A stretch of DNA of 64,000 nucleotides, from assembly GCA_019894975.1 (NCBI GenBank), contig JAGXNO010000002.1:129183-193182 (forward strand). Direction: 5' to 3'. Shown one piece after another: positions 18,553 to 28,348 of the stretch. The number at the start of each line of letters is the position of its first letter. The first letter of the stretch is position 1. The stretch comes from Promethearchaeota archaeon (GTDB taxonomy: Archaea; Asgardarchaeota; Lokiarchaeia; Sigyniarchaeales; SOKP01). Made by a program: the position numbers and the translations under genes. A model generated the notes under the pieces. The model saw only the letters and a list, made by a program, of their open reading frames with translations. It searched no databases and was not told the origin of the DNA.

Positions 18553-20022
18553 ATGGGAGCATTTCAGTGGTTAATGAAAAAAATTACAAAAGTTTTTGGC
18601 CGGTCTACTAATGCTTTATTCTATACATTACTTTATAGGGAAATTCTTAAGGAAATTAATGAAATTTCTAAGAATGAAGAAGATAGCCTAGTTATACTTA
18701 GAGAGATCGGAAGAAGAGCGGGTTATGAATCCTGTGAACGTCATTCTAACATCTTTAAATTTATGCCAGGATCTCCTCAAAAAATTTTAGATTACTTTGA
18801 GATTCTATGGGTCATTGTATTTGGAACGGAGTTAGATGATTATTCTTATGAAGAAATTCCTAAAGAAGGTAAATATAATGATTACGTTATGAAAATCAGT
18901 AAATGCCCAGTTTGTGCAGGGTATGGTCAAGATAAGGAAGATTCATTTGATTTCAATAAAATTAGATCAGAATCAGTTGAAGGTTTAGCTTGTGGACTTT
19001 GCGGAATGCTAGAAAGTGTCGCTAATTACATTTTAAAGATAAAAAGGAATGATTATCGTATTGAAATAGTTGAACAAGCCTGTATAGCAAGAGGAGGAGA
19101 TTGTTTACAATTCATTTGTAAGATCCATGATTATAAAGAATGGCAAGAACTTATGGATTCAAGAGTAAAAAGAAGAAATGCTCTAGGAATAAATCTTGGT
19201 GAGAGTTTAGAAGAGGAAGAGATCATCCAAGAAACTAAACTTGATATTATTGACAAACTCCAAGACGTTATATCAATTGATAAATTAGAGGAATACCTTG
19301 ACGAGCCATTAGAAACTATAAAGGAAAAAGTTTCTGACATTATAAGAGATAAGTTGAATATGGAACCTGACCACTTTTTTGATTACTTCCGGAATTATGA
19401 GGAGGATATGATTAAAATTATTGGCTATTTAGGTATTCACCTCTTAAATGAGTATGGGGGATTGCTTGAAAAAGCCCTCAAGAATGAGTGGTTAGCAAAA
19501 GTTTTTGGATATATTTTTAGACAACTTAAAGAAATGACCTTACTTTTTATCCCACTTGATGTAATCCGAGATTATAATGAATTGCTTGTTAGTTTTCTTG
19601 ATGGTTTGGCTCCCGTAGAAATGGTGGATAATGTAAAACAATTCACCGGAAGAGATACAATAAACTTCCTTTTTGAAGGAGCTCAGATGGCCCTTGAAAA
19701 CTTAGGTATTGAGTTCTCCGAATTAAAAGAGAATGTGTGGGAAGAATTAAAGAAAGAAAGGGAAGATGATTTAATTCCTTCCGAAACAACAACAATTGAT
19801 AAAACTCGGGAAAGTATCCCTCAAATTATAAGCATTGTCCAAGAAATATTGATGATCTTTAATGATATACTTACCTTACCAATTAGAGTTTTAATCTCTG
19901 AAAGTCATTATGGGTTAAAAACAGCAATCAATTCTGTTGTCTCTGAAGAAGAGGGCCTTTATGGGTCAATAAAGGAGCGTTTTGATAATATATTTGACCA
20001 CATCGAAGAAATAAGAAAATAA
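18553..20022 (+). CDS. V4R/Bet3-like domain fused to long acidic helical C-terminal region
   Basis: LFYTLLYREIL...LREIGRRAG, CPVC, ACGLCGMLESV, EQACIARGGDCLQF. Confidence 0.65.
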   Translation: MGAFQWLMKKITKVFGRSTNALFYTLLYREILKEINEISKNEEDSLVILREIGRRAGYESCERHSNIFKFMPGSPQKILDYFEILWVIVFGTELDDYSYEEIPKEGKYNDYVMKISKCPVCAGYGQDKEDSFDFNKIRSESVEGLACGLCGMLESVANYILKIKRNDYRIEIVEQACIARGGDCLQFICKIHDYKEWQELMDSRVKRRNALGINLGESLEEEEIIQETKLDIIDKLQDVISIDKLEEYLDEPLETIKEKVSDIIRDKLNMEPDHFFDYFRNYEEDMIKIIGYLGIHLLNEYGGLLEKALKNEWLAKVFGYIFRQLKEMTLLFIPLDVIRDYNELLVSFLDGLAPVEMVDNVKQFTGRDTINFLFEGAQMALENLGIEFSELKENVWEELKKEREDDLIPSETTTIDKTRESIPQIISIVQEILMIFNDILTLPIRVLISESHYGLKTAINSVVSEEEGLYGSIKERFDNIFDHIEEIRK

Positions 20023-20042
20023 ATTTTTACAAATTTTTTGAA

Positions 20043-21461
20043 TTAACCTCTTTCTTTAATATAAAAATAGTACATCTGATCTACTACATATTGCCAGAAA
20101 AATCTTTCTCTTAGAACATCATAATGAGATTTTCCTTTTAGACTCGTCAATTTGGCTATATCTTCAGATTTAATTTTCCCCTCCTTAACTAAATCCATTC
20201 GAGCCATAAATTGATCTTTTAGCTTGATATTCCTTAAAATAAGAGAAATTGCCTTCGAAATCTTACTGATTATTTCCTGTAATTCAATACTATCATCTTG
20301 TCGAAAAACATCAATTTGACCTAAGAAATCCTTAACTCTAACCAAAATTTGATTCTTATCATAATAGCCAATTTTTTTATCTGGATTAAGATTTTCAGAC
20401 AAATAAAAGATAATCTTCTCTATAATCTGTTCATTAATATTAAAACTTGATAATTCTTTCGTTAGCTTACCTAAAAACTTTCTCTTTAAATATTGTTTAA
20501 ATTTAATTATGATGGCTTCAGTTTCTTTTTGATCAGAACATATTTCAATAATTTCTCCTTTTGGGGTTGAATATGTAAAACCAAATCCCTGTGGTCCCAA
20601 TCCTCCAAGGAGAACCATGGAAATACTAAAAAACTTGTAAAGCTTTCCCCCTGAAATATTATCTATGTTTTTTAAAATATTTTCTGGTGAAATAAAATGC
20701 ATTTTTTGAGCAAATTCTATACTAATCCTCTCAAGATCATAATTTAACACGGGATAAGGAATTTTTATGTACATATATTTATCTTCCTTATAGTTCAAAT
20801 GAACACTATCTTTATCAGGTTTGTTTATAGAGGAAAAATAATGTTCCTTGAATTTTTCCATGAACTCTCGTGCAGAACTTAAGTATCTTACACTTAGGCC
20901 ATAAATGGTATACTGATTAAAAAAGTGGTTTTTAACATTATACATAAAACTATCTCTATCTGGGAAATATTCATTTGTAACCTCCTTGAGATAATTATAA
21001 AGAATTTTTGGAAATTCTAAATACACATAATTAATTAGCGAGTCTGATACTCTTCCAAACAAATCGGTAAGATTATTTAAAAAATGCGCATCCTGTTTGA
21101 TTAAATTTATTGCCTTCAATTCTTCTGGACTTATTTCCTTTGTTAAAAGTCCATATTCATTACAGGCTCTTATAATATCAATTTGGTCTCCTAAAGCAGA
21201 AATATGATATTCATTTACAATTCTTTTAGTACAATTTAGAAGTAGTTCTGAAATATATTCAAATCGCTGGGGGATTTTATTTATATCTATAAAAATATCA
21301 AAATCCACGGATTTGTCAAATAAATTTTTGAAATTATTAAAATCACCCACTTCGAGATACGTTGCTAATCCATGATAATATTTTTTTTCAAGAGCACTTT
21401 TATCTTTTGAAACTGAAAAAATTACTTTGAGTTGCTCTAAAAAATCATCTGAATGCTTCAT
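20043..21461 (-). CDS. Hypothetical protein
   Basis: 472-codon ORF; low-complexity N-half, conserved-looking GGLGPQGFGFTYSTPKGEIIEICSD block; no family recognised. Confidence 0.7.
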   Translation of the reverse strand: MKHSDDFLEQLKVIFSVSKDKSALEKKYYHGLATYLEVGDFNNFKNLFDKSVDFDIFIDINKIPQRFEYISELLLNCTKRIVNEYHISALGDQIDIIRACNEYGLLTKEISPEELKAINLIKQDAHFLNNLTDLFGRVSDSLINYVYLEFPKILYNYLKEVTNEYFPDRDSFMYNVKNHFFNQYTIYGLSVRYLSSAREFMEKFKEHYFSSINKPDKDSVHLNYKEDKYMYIKIPYPVLNYDLERISIEFAQKMHFISPENILKNIDNISGGKLYKFFSISMVLLGGLGPQGFGFTYSTPKGEIIEICSDQKETEAIIIKFKQYLKRKFLGKLTKELSSFNINEQIIEKIIFYLSENLNPDKKIGYYDKNQILVRVKDFLGQIDVFRQDDSIELQEIISKISKAISLILRNIKLKDQFMARMDLVKEGKIKSEDIAKLTSLKGKSHYDVLRERFFWQYVVDQMYYFYIKERG

Positions 21462-21500
21462 AAAACTAATGATTACGAATTTGTTAAATCGTAAGATATA

Positions 21501-21872
21501 TTAATCTAAAAGACGAGCAATATTCTGTGAAACACTTTGAATATTGAGAAATACCATCCCAAGAGATGCATCAGCTTTACAAAGAGTACAGAGAATTGCA
21601 TTTTCTCCGCTTTTTGACAAGATAATGTTACCCTCGACACCTTCTATAAGGATTCGTTTTAAATCCCCTCGAGCAAGTTCTTCTACAGCACGTTCAGAGA
21701 CGCTTAAAATGGCAGCACTCATCGCTGAGACTATTCCGTCATTTACATCCCTAGCAAGAGCAGAACATATTGGTAGACCTTGCACACTCACTATCGCCGA
21801 ACCTTGAATATCCGGATTAACTGCTTCCATTTGCCTTAAAAGATCGGTGAGTTCAGCGATGTTTTCACTCAA
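21501..21872 (-). CDS. Roadblock/LC7 (MglB/LAMTOR-like) protein
   Basis: DIQGSAIVSVQGLPI, VSAMSAAILSVSER...EL.RG.L..ILIEG..G, LGMVF. Confidence 0.92.
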   Translation of the reverse strand: MSENIAELTDLLRQMEAVNPDIQGSAIVSVQGLPICSALARDVNDGIVSAMSAAILSVSERAVEELARGDLKRILIEGVEGNIILSKSGENAILCTLCKADASLGMVFLNIQSVSQNIARLLD

Positions 21873-22030
21873 AAATTAATCAACTTGAATAAATAAGTGT
21901 TAATATTCTAATAATAAAGTTATATTATAAAATTATTTTTATTTTTGATATAATTTTAATGTTAACTTTAATATTAAAGTTAATACTTATTTAAAAAATA
22001 TTTTTATCAAAATCCACATTAGTAATTTTA

Positions 22031-23008
22031 ATGACTGAGAATCAAAAATCAAATAGTGAAACACAAGAAAAAAAAAGTAAGGAAGAATTGGAAAAAGAAG
22101 AAGAAGAACGAATTAAATTAGAATCACTTAGAAAAGCAGGAAAAATCGCTAAGGAAGTAAAAGAATACATTAAACCCAGAATCAAGGTGGGAACCAGTGT
22201 TTTAGATATTGTTTCAATAACTGAGGCGAAAATTGAAGAATTAGGTGGTTTGTGTGCTTTTCCTGTAAATTTATGTGTAAATAATATTGCAGCACATTAT
22301 ACTTCTCCCTTAAAAGATGATGGGTTAATGATTAGTGAGGATGACTTAGTTAAAATTGATTTAGGTGTGCATATCGAAGGATATATTGTCGATTCTGCAT
22401 TTTCAGTTAATTTTAACGAAGACGAATCACTTGAAAATATTATACAATCCACTGAAGTTGCTCTTGATGCAGCAAAAATGATGGTAAAACCAAAGGTAAA
22501 TACAAGAGATTTAGGGAAAAAAATTGAAGATATTGTACGAGGTTTTAATTATAATCCTATTAAAGAACTTGGTGGTCACCAAATCGAGAGATGGACTGTC
22601 CATGGGAAAAAGCAATTACCTGAATTAGGTTCTCAAGGGGGAGATATCATGGAAGAGGGTGAAGTTTTTGGTATTGAAATTTTCGCTAGCACGGGTGAAG
22701 GATCAATACACAATACTCCGTATTCTCATATTTATGAGCTTAATCCATATGCTGGGAGGGTTCCTTTACGAAGAAAAGCATCTAAACAACTGTTAGGTTT
22801 CGTGAATAAGAATTACAAAACATTACCCTTTGCTGAAAGATGGTTAGCTAAGGAATTCAGAATGGGTGTAGCCTTTGGGATTCATGAGTTAGTACAACAA
22901 GGAAAATTACAAGCTCATTTTGTTTTAGCAGAAAAAAAGGGAGTTTTTGTAGCACAATCCGAAGAAACTATTTTAGTTACAGAAGAAGGATATGAACAAC
23001 TGACTTAA
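22031..23008 (+). CDS. map: Methionine aminopeptidase type II
   Basis: AFPVN...AAHYT, KIDLGVHIEGYIVDSA, GGH, IEIFAST, LPFAERW insert, AQSEET. Confidence 0.95.
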   Translation: MTENQKSNSETQEKKSKEELEKEEEERIKLESLRKAGKIAKEVKEYIKPRIKVGTSVLDIVSITEAKIEELGGLCAFPVNLCVNNIAAHYTSPLKDDGLMISEDDLVKIDLGVHIEGYIVDSAFSVNFNEDESLENIIQSTEVALDAAKMMVKPKVNTRDLGKKIEDIVRGFNYNPIKELGGHQIERWTVHGKKQLPELGSQGGDIMEEGEVFGIEIFASTGEGSIHNTPYSHIYELNPYAGRVPLRRKASKQLLGFVNKNYKTLPFAERWLAKEFRMGVAFGIHELVQQGKLQAHFVLAEKKGVFVAQSEETILVTEEGYEQLT

Positions 23009-23020
23009 AACAGATAAAAT

Positions 23021-23959
23021 TTAGTTTTTCCATGATTTTATTAAATCTTTAATTTTCTCCTTAATGTTCTTTTCATTTAAGCCGTAGAAGTCTAACAGTT
23101 TCTCTCTCTTTCCAGATTGTCCAAATGATTCCTCAATACCAATGAATTTCATGGGAATAGGAAAAGATTCAGAAATAATCCTAGCTAAGATACTCCCAAA
23201 TCCACAATATATATTATGTTCTTCAAGAGATAAAACTCCTTTTGTATTAGACACCTCATTTTTTAAAGCACCAATATCAATTGGTTTAATAGTGGATTGA
23301 TTAATAACTTTTATCGAAATTTTTAACTCCTTCTCAATATAAGGTGCGGATTTCAAAGCTAGTGAAGTACAATAACCCGTTCCTATTAAACAAATATCAT
23401 CACCCTCCTTAACTACATCTGGTTTTCCAATATGAAATTTATAGTCTTCATTATGAATTTTGGGAAATGAACCTCTAGGTAATCTGACATAAAAAGGACC
23501 ATTTGTATTAAATATATATTCTAACATTTCAATAAGTTCAATATTGTCTGATGGGTTTAAAATATTTAAATTAGGAAGGGAAGACATTAGACTTAAATCT
23601 TCTAAAGCATTATGAGTACTTCCATCTCCCCCAACTAAGCCACTATGAGTTGTGATAATCTTTATGTTTAGATTATCATGACATGCTAATCTAATGAATT
23701 CCCATGCTCTACCTGTAGTAAAGATTGAAAAACCACTTACAACTGGTACTTTTCCGGAAATTGCGAAACCTAAGGCCGTACCTAGCATATTTTGCTCCGC
23801 TATCCCCATGTTAAAGAATCTATCAGGATATTCTTTAGCAAATTTATTAGTCCTTGTCGAAGAGGATAAATCAGAATCTAAGACCACAATGGTTCTATTT
23901 AGATTACCAATATTCACCAAATACTCGCCAAAAGTATCCCTAAGGTCCTTTTCATACAT
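23021..23959 (-). CDS. Transketolase C-terminal subunit
   Basis: DSDLSSST, NMGIAEQNM, DGSTH.ALED, GPFYVRL, EEHN...GFGS. Confidence 0.92.
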   Translation of the reverse strand: MYEKDLRDTFGEYLVNIGNLNRTIVVLDSDLSSSTRTNKFAKEYPDRFFNMGIAEQNMLGTALGFAISGKVPVVSGFSIFTTGRAWEFIRLACHDNLNIKIITTHSGLVGGDGSTHNALEDLSLMSSLPNLNILNPSDNIELIEMLEYIFNTNGPFYVRLPRGSFPKIHNEDYKFHIGKPDVVKEGDDICLIGTGYCTSLALKSAPYIEKELKISIKVINQSTIKPIDIGALKNEVSNTKGVLSLEEHNIYCGFGSILARIISESFPIPMKFIGIEESFGQSGKREKLLDFYGLNEKNIKEKIKDLIKSWKN

Positions 23960-24818
23960 TGTGAGAAATCCCTCTTTTTAATTCTTTCTCAATATCCTCA
24001 AGTTCTTTTAAAGCTAATAAGAATTCTTCCTCATTTGGGGGGTGTCCATGATACTTATGGGTATGTTGCATGAATGAAATATCGGCACCCTTAATTAAAT
24101 ATGAAATTATAACTTTTGGCTTACCAACTATACTTTTGCATTTTTCAAATCCTTGTAAAATTTCATTAAGATTCGACCCATCAATTTCAATAACTTCCCA
24201 TCCGAAAGCTCTCCATTTATCTGCTAATGGCTCTAAAGCCATTATTTCTTCTGTAGATCCATCATTTTGAATACCATTTCTATCAATTATCGCAATTAGG
24301 TTATCTAATTTATATTGACTCCCAGCCATTGCTGCTTCCCAAATCGAGCCCTCATTCAACTCTCCATCTCCTAATAATACATAAACCGTTCGTACTTCAT
24401 TATCCAGTTTTGCGCTTAAAGCACAACCAAGCCCTATTGATAAACCCATTCCTAAAGAACCCGTGGATATTTCTATGCCAAGCTTTGAGTTTTTCACAGG
24501 ATGTCCCTGTAGATCTGAACCAATTTGCCTTAATGTAAATAGGTCACTCCTTTTTATATACCCTAATTTTGATAATACAGCATACAATGCTGGTGCTGCA
24601 TGTCCTTTGCTTAATATAAATATATCTCTTTCATCCCATTGAGGATTCTCGAGTTTAATCCTCATAATTTTATTATAAAGAAGATAAATAGTAGTAACAC
24701 AGGAAAGTGACCCCCCAGGATGACCAGATTGGGCTTGATAAATCATTTTCAATATATCTTTTTTTAAATCCAAAATGGTAAGTAAAATTTGATTCTGTTC
24801 TGCTTCTGATAATGTCAT
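23952..24818 (-). CDS. Transketolase N-terminal subunit
   Basis: SGHPGGSLS, LSKGHAAPALY, LQGHP, TGSLGMG, GDGELNEG...N ThDP motif. Confidence 0.95.
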   Translation of the reverse strand: MTLSEAEQNQILLTILDLKKDILKMIYQAQSGHPGGSLSCVTTIYLLYNKIMRIKLENPQWDERDIFILSKGHAAPALYAVLSKLGYIKRSDLFTLRQIGSDLQGHPVKNSKLGIEISTGSLGMGLSIGLGCALSAKLDNEVRTVYVLLGDGELNEGSIWEAAMAGSQYKLDNLIAIIDRNGIQNDGSTEEIMALEPLADKWRAFGWEVIEIDGSNLNEILQGFEKCKSIVGKPKVIISYLIKGADISFMQHTHKYHGHPPNEEEFLLALKELEDIEKELKRGISHNV

Positions 24819-24839
24819 TCTTAAACCTGTATAACTAAC

Positions 24840-25838
24840 TCATTCATTTTTAGAATTTGCAATAATAAAACTACTAAGTTTATCAGAATTATAAAACTCT
24901 ACTGGAGGTAACGTAGCAGAAAGAGCTGCAGCAGAAAGAGCTATTCTTGCGCCACTCGCAACTGGAATTTTTGATGCATATGATAGACCTAATGTTGCCA
25001 TAATTACACTCCCAACTGCTACATAACTCCTGACAGGTTGCCGTAAGATTGGTTTAAACTTATCAACAACCTCATTATTCTTATGAAAAAGATAGGATTC
25101 TAATTCCAAATAGTTTAATAATACACTTCTACATTTAGATGAGCTTAGAATTTTCTTTCCCGCGATTAGAATACTAGTTTCATTACAACAATCAATTGAA
25201 AAGGTGTCTAAAGCTTTTTGAAGGTTCATTTTAATTAAATCCACATCTTCATATAGATAATAATTAGAAATACTTGGACGAACAAGAATAGGTATATTTT
25301 TATAATGTTTTTTCAATTTTGATAATAAATTTTGAATAAAAATATCTTTGAATAATCCTCCTGTACCATAATCTAAAATTAATATTGAATCAATGTCAGA
25401 AGATCTAGTTTCAATACTATTGATGAATTTTGTAATTATATCTTCTGAGATTTCACTTGAATAATCTGTTTCTAGCCGTAATAAGTGCTGATTCAGAGCT
25501 TTAATACGGGTAATTTGAGGAGTTTTTATACTACTTTCTACGATAATGCCTGATGAATCGATATTTAATTCTTTGATATACTTCAAGAAAAAATCCCCTT
25601 CATAATCACTACCAATAACTGTACAAACCTCCGGTATACCCCCTAAAGATTTGATAAATTGCAATACTAATCCAATAGCACCAATATAGGTTTCACTTCT
25701 TTCAATTTTTATATTTGGAACTGGAGCGTCAGGAGAAATTCTATCGGCATATCCAAAAATATACTTATCTACTAAAGCTTCTCCGATAATTAGAACTTTT
25801 TTTTCTTTCCATTCTTTTATACTATCAATCTGAGACAT
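24840..25838 (-). CDS. HldE/RfaE kinase-domain homologue (PfkB fold), catalytic motif degenerate
   Basis: G...DKY..G..RISPDAPVP, QHLLRLE, DYG retained; D.TGAGD position reads SYVAVGS. Confidence 0.75.
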   Translation of the reverse strand: MSQIDSIKEWKEKKVLIIGEALVDKYIFGYADRISPDAPVPNIKIERSETYIGAIGLVLQFIKSLGGIPEVCTVIGSDYEGDFFLKYIKELNIDSSGIIVESSIKTPQITRIKALNQHLLRLETDYSSEISEDIITKFINSIETRSSDIDSILILDYGTGGLFKDIFIQNLLSKLKKHYKNIPILVRPSISNYYLYEDVDLIKMNLQKALDTFSIDCCNETSILIAGKKILSSSKCRSVLLNYLELESYLFHKNNEVVDKFKPILRQPVRSYVAVGSVIMATLGLSYASKIPVASGARIALSAAALSATLPPVEFYNSDKLSSFIIANSKNE

Positions 25839-25860
25839 TGCAATGATATTGTTCTATTCT

Positions 25861-26517
25861 TTATCTATTTAATTGACCTTTTAATTTCTCCCAATCTCTG
25901 AGAAAAGATTCTAAACCTTTTTCAGTATTCGGGTGAACAAACATTTTTTCTAGAACTGAAAATGGAATGGTTGCAATATGTGCTCCCAATTTTGCAGCTT
26001 CAATAACATGTCTAGTATTTCTTATAGATGCAACTATTAATTCCGATTTAAAATCATAAGCATTTAAAATTTCCATCGATTCTTTTAGCATATTGATTTC
26101 ATTTTGGCCATTATCCATTAACCTCCCAATGAAAGGGCTAATATATGAAGCACCTGCTTTAGCTGCTAGTAATACTTGATTTTGGGAGAATACTAAAGTT
26201 ACATTTGTTCTAATATTTTCAACTTCAAGTTTTTTTACTGCCTTTATCCCATCCTTAGTCATCGGAATTTTAATAACAATATTAGGAGATAGTTGAACTA
26301 ATTCTCTAGCCTCTTTAACCATTTCCTCCGTTTTTAATCCAATAACTTCAGCACTGATGGGACCATCAACAATTTTACAAATTTTTTTTAATTGTTCTAA
26401 AGGATCAACCCCTTCTCTTGAAAGTAGGGTTGGATTGGTAGTTACACCATCAATAATCCCGAGTTCTTGCATTTCTTTTATTTGCTCTAAGTTAGCAGTA
26501 TCTATAAAAAATTTCAT
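25861..26517 (-). CDS. tal: Transaldolase (short FSA/TalC type)
   Basis: [25 protein letters not shown] Schiff-base Lys, [18 protein letters not shown]. Confidence 0.93.
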   Translation of the reverse strand: MKFFIDTANLEQIKEMQELGIIDGVTTNPTLLSREGVDPLEQLKKICKIVDGPISAEVIGLKTEEMVKEARELVQLSPNIVIKIPMTKDGIKAVKKLEVENIRTNVTLVFSQNQVLLAAKAGASYISPFIGRLMDNGQNEINMLKESMEILNAYDFKSELIVASIRNTRHVIEAAKLGAHIATIPFSVLEKMFVHPNTEKGLESFLRDWEKLKGQLNR

Positions 26518-26568
26518 GATTAATACTCGTATTCACATTTTTTTAATTGTGTATAATTATGTGTTTTA

Positions 26569-27111
26569 TTATAAACTTTTAGCAAATTCTAACAGATTTT
26601 CATAAATGAAATCCGGTTTGATTAAATCATTTTTATTCTGTTCTTCAGAGCCATAACCAGTTAAAACTAAAACAGTTTTGCAGTTTGCCGTTAAACCTGT
26701 TTTGACATCATTAAGTGTGTCTCCCACCATAAAAGATTTCAATAAATCTATATTATGTTTCTTTTGAGCTTTTCTGATCATACCTATTTTAGGCTTTCTA
26801 CAATCACACTCACCTGTAAAATCGGGATGATGGGGGCAGTAAAAAATATCATCAAGAACGATCTCGTTTTTCTTTAGTAAAATTCTCATTTTATCATGGA
26901 TTTTTTCTAAAATTTCTTTACTATAGTATCCACGAGCAATTCCCGCTTGGTTAGTAATTATAATAAGTATAAATCCTTTCTCTTTTAATATTTTAAGCGC
27001 TTCTAATGTACCTACTAGGAGTTCAAATTCATCTGGATTTGACAGATACCCAACTTCTTTATTTATTACACCATCCCGGTCTAAAAAGATTGCTTTATTT
27101 TTATCAGTCAA
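26569..27111 (-). CDS. gmhB: D-glycero-D-manno-heptose-1,7-bisphosphate phosphatase
   Basis: FLDRDGVIN, TNQAGIARG, CPHH...CDCRKP, MVGD. Confidence 0.88.
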   Translation of the reverse strand: MTDKNKAIFLDRDGVINKEVGYLSNPDEFELLVGTLEALKILKEKGFILIIITNQAGIARGYYSKEILEKIHDKMRILLKKNEIVLDDIFYCPHHPDFTGECDCRKPKIGMIRKAQKKHNIDLLKSFMVGDTLNDVKTGLTANCKTVLVLTGYGSEEQNKNDLIKPDFIYENLLEFAKSL

Positions 27112-27751
27112 CTACATCGGATCTCTTTAATAGTTGAATTATTAAATTAGGATCATCTGCTTTTAATATTGCGCTTGCGCTTGTTAAAATATCTGCCTTT
27201 ATCAACTTAGCATTATCAGGACCCACACCACCATCCACATCTATGTCGAAATTGAGATTATTTTGATCCCTGTAACCAAGTAATTTATTAGTTTTAATAG
27301 GAGTTGTTGATATAAATTCTTGTCCAGAATATCCAGGATTAACAGCCATTATGAGAACAACATCAATTTTATGAAGATAATTAATTAATTTTGTAATTGA
27401 AGTTTCAGGATTTATTGCAATTCCAACTTTTTTATTAAGTATATTAATTTTATTGATAATATTTTCTATAATCCCTTCTGATTCATAATGGAAAACAAAG
27501 ATGTCAGTATATTCAATAATTTTATCTATATAAGTAAGTGGATTTCTAACCATAAAATGACCGATAATTGGTAAATCAGAGCTTTTTTTAAGAATTTTAA
27601 AAACTTCAAGGTTGTTTTGTTTATTTTGAACAAATTTGCCATCCATTACATCAACATGTAGATAATCAAGCCCTTTTAAACCTTTAATTATGTCTGGGTC
27701 GAATTCTTCCTCTGCATGTAATGAAACTGCGACTTTCTTCATTGAGATCAA
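27104..27751 (-). CDS. rpe: Ribulose-phosphate 3-epimerase (start may be the ATG three codons in)
   Basis: HVDVMDGKFV, HFMV, FHYE, AINPET, MAVNPGYSGQ, VDGG. Confidence 0.92.
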   Translation of the reverse strand: MISMKKVAVSLHAEEEFDPDIIKGLKGLDYLHVDVMDGKFVQNKQNNLEVFKILKKSSDLPIIGHFMVRNPLTYIDKIIEYTDIFVFHYESEGIIENIINKINILNKKVGIAINPETSITKLINYLHKIDVVLIMAVNPGYSGQEFISTTPIKTNKLLGYRDQNNLNFDIDVDGGVGPDNAKLIKADILTSASAILKADDPNLIIQLLKRSDVVD

Positions 27752-28327
27752 CTATTCAAAGAGTGCATCTTCCACTAAATAGCAAATAATATGCCCAACC
27801 GTTATATGACCTTCTTGAATTCTTGGAGTATCGGTGGAGGGTATTTTGAGACAATAATTTACAATTTTTTCAATATCATTTTGGTTTTGACCTGTCATAC
27901 CTACGGTTACTGCACCTTTTTCTTTAGCCCGTTCTAACCCCCGAATTACATTTGGAGAGTTTCCTGAAGTACTTATTCCAATTACAATATCTCCTTTTTC
28001 TATAAAAGCATTAACTTGACGTTCGAAAATTAAATCAAAACCAAAATCATTCGCTGTAGCTGTAATAGAAGAAGTGTTTGTGGTAAAGGCGAGCGAGGGA
28101 AGTGGTTCCCGATTTTTATAAAATTTTCCAACAAATTCGGTAGCTATGTGTTGAGCATCTGCAGCACTACCTCCATTTCCAAAAAGGACTACCTTTTTTT
28201 TGTTTCGATATGCCTTAATTATTTCTTCTGAGACTTTTCTAATCTGAGGTGCTAAATCCTTAATAGCTTCTTTAACTCTAATGTTTTCTTCTAAAATTGA
28301 TTTGATTTTATCTTCCATATTCTTCAC
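27752..28327 (-). CDS. gmhA: Sedoheptulose-7-phosphate isomerase
   Basis: GNGGSAADAQH.A.E, TATANDFG, ISTSGNS.NV, TPRIQEGH..GH. Confidence 0.95.
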   Translation of the reverse strand: MKNMEDKIKSILEENIRVKEAIKDLAPQIRKVSEEIIKAYRNKKKVVLFGNGGSAADAQHIATEFVGKFYKNREPLPSLAFTTNTSSITATANDFGFDLIFERQVNAFIEKGDIVIGISTSGNSPNVIRGLERAKEKGAVTVGMTGQNQNDIEKIVNYCLKIPSTDTPRIQEGHITVGHIICYLVEDALFE

Positions 28328-28348
28328 TTTTATTTGTTAATAATTTTT

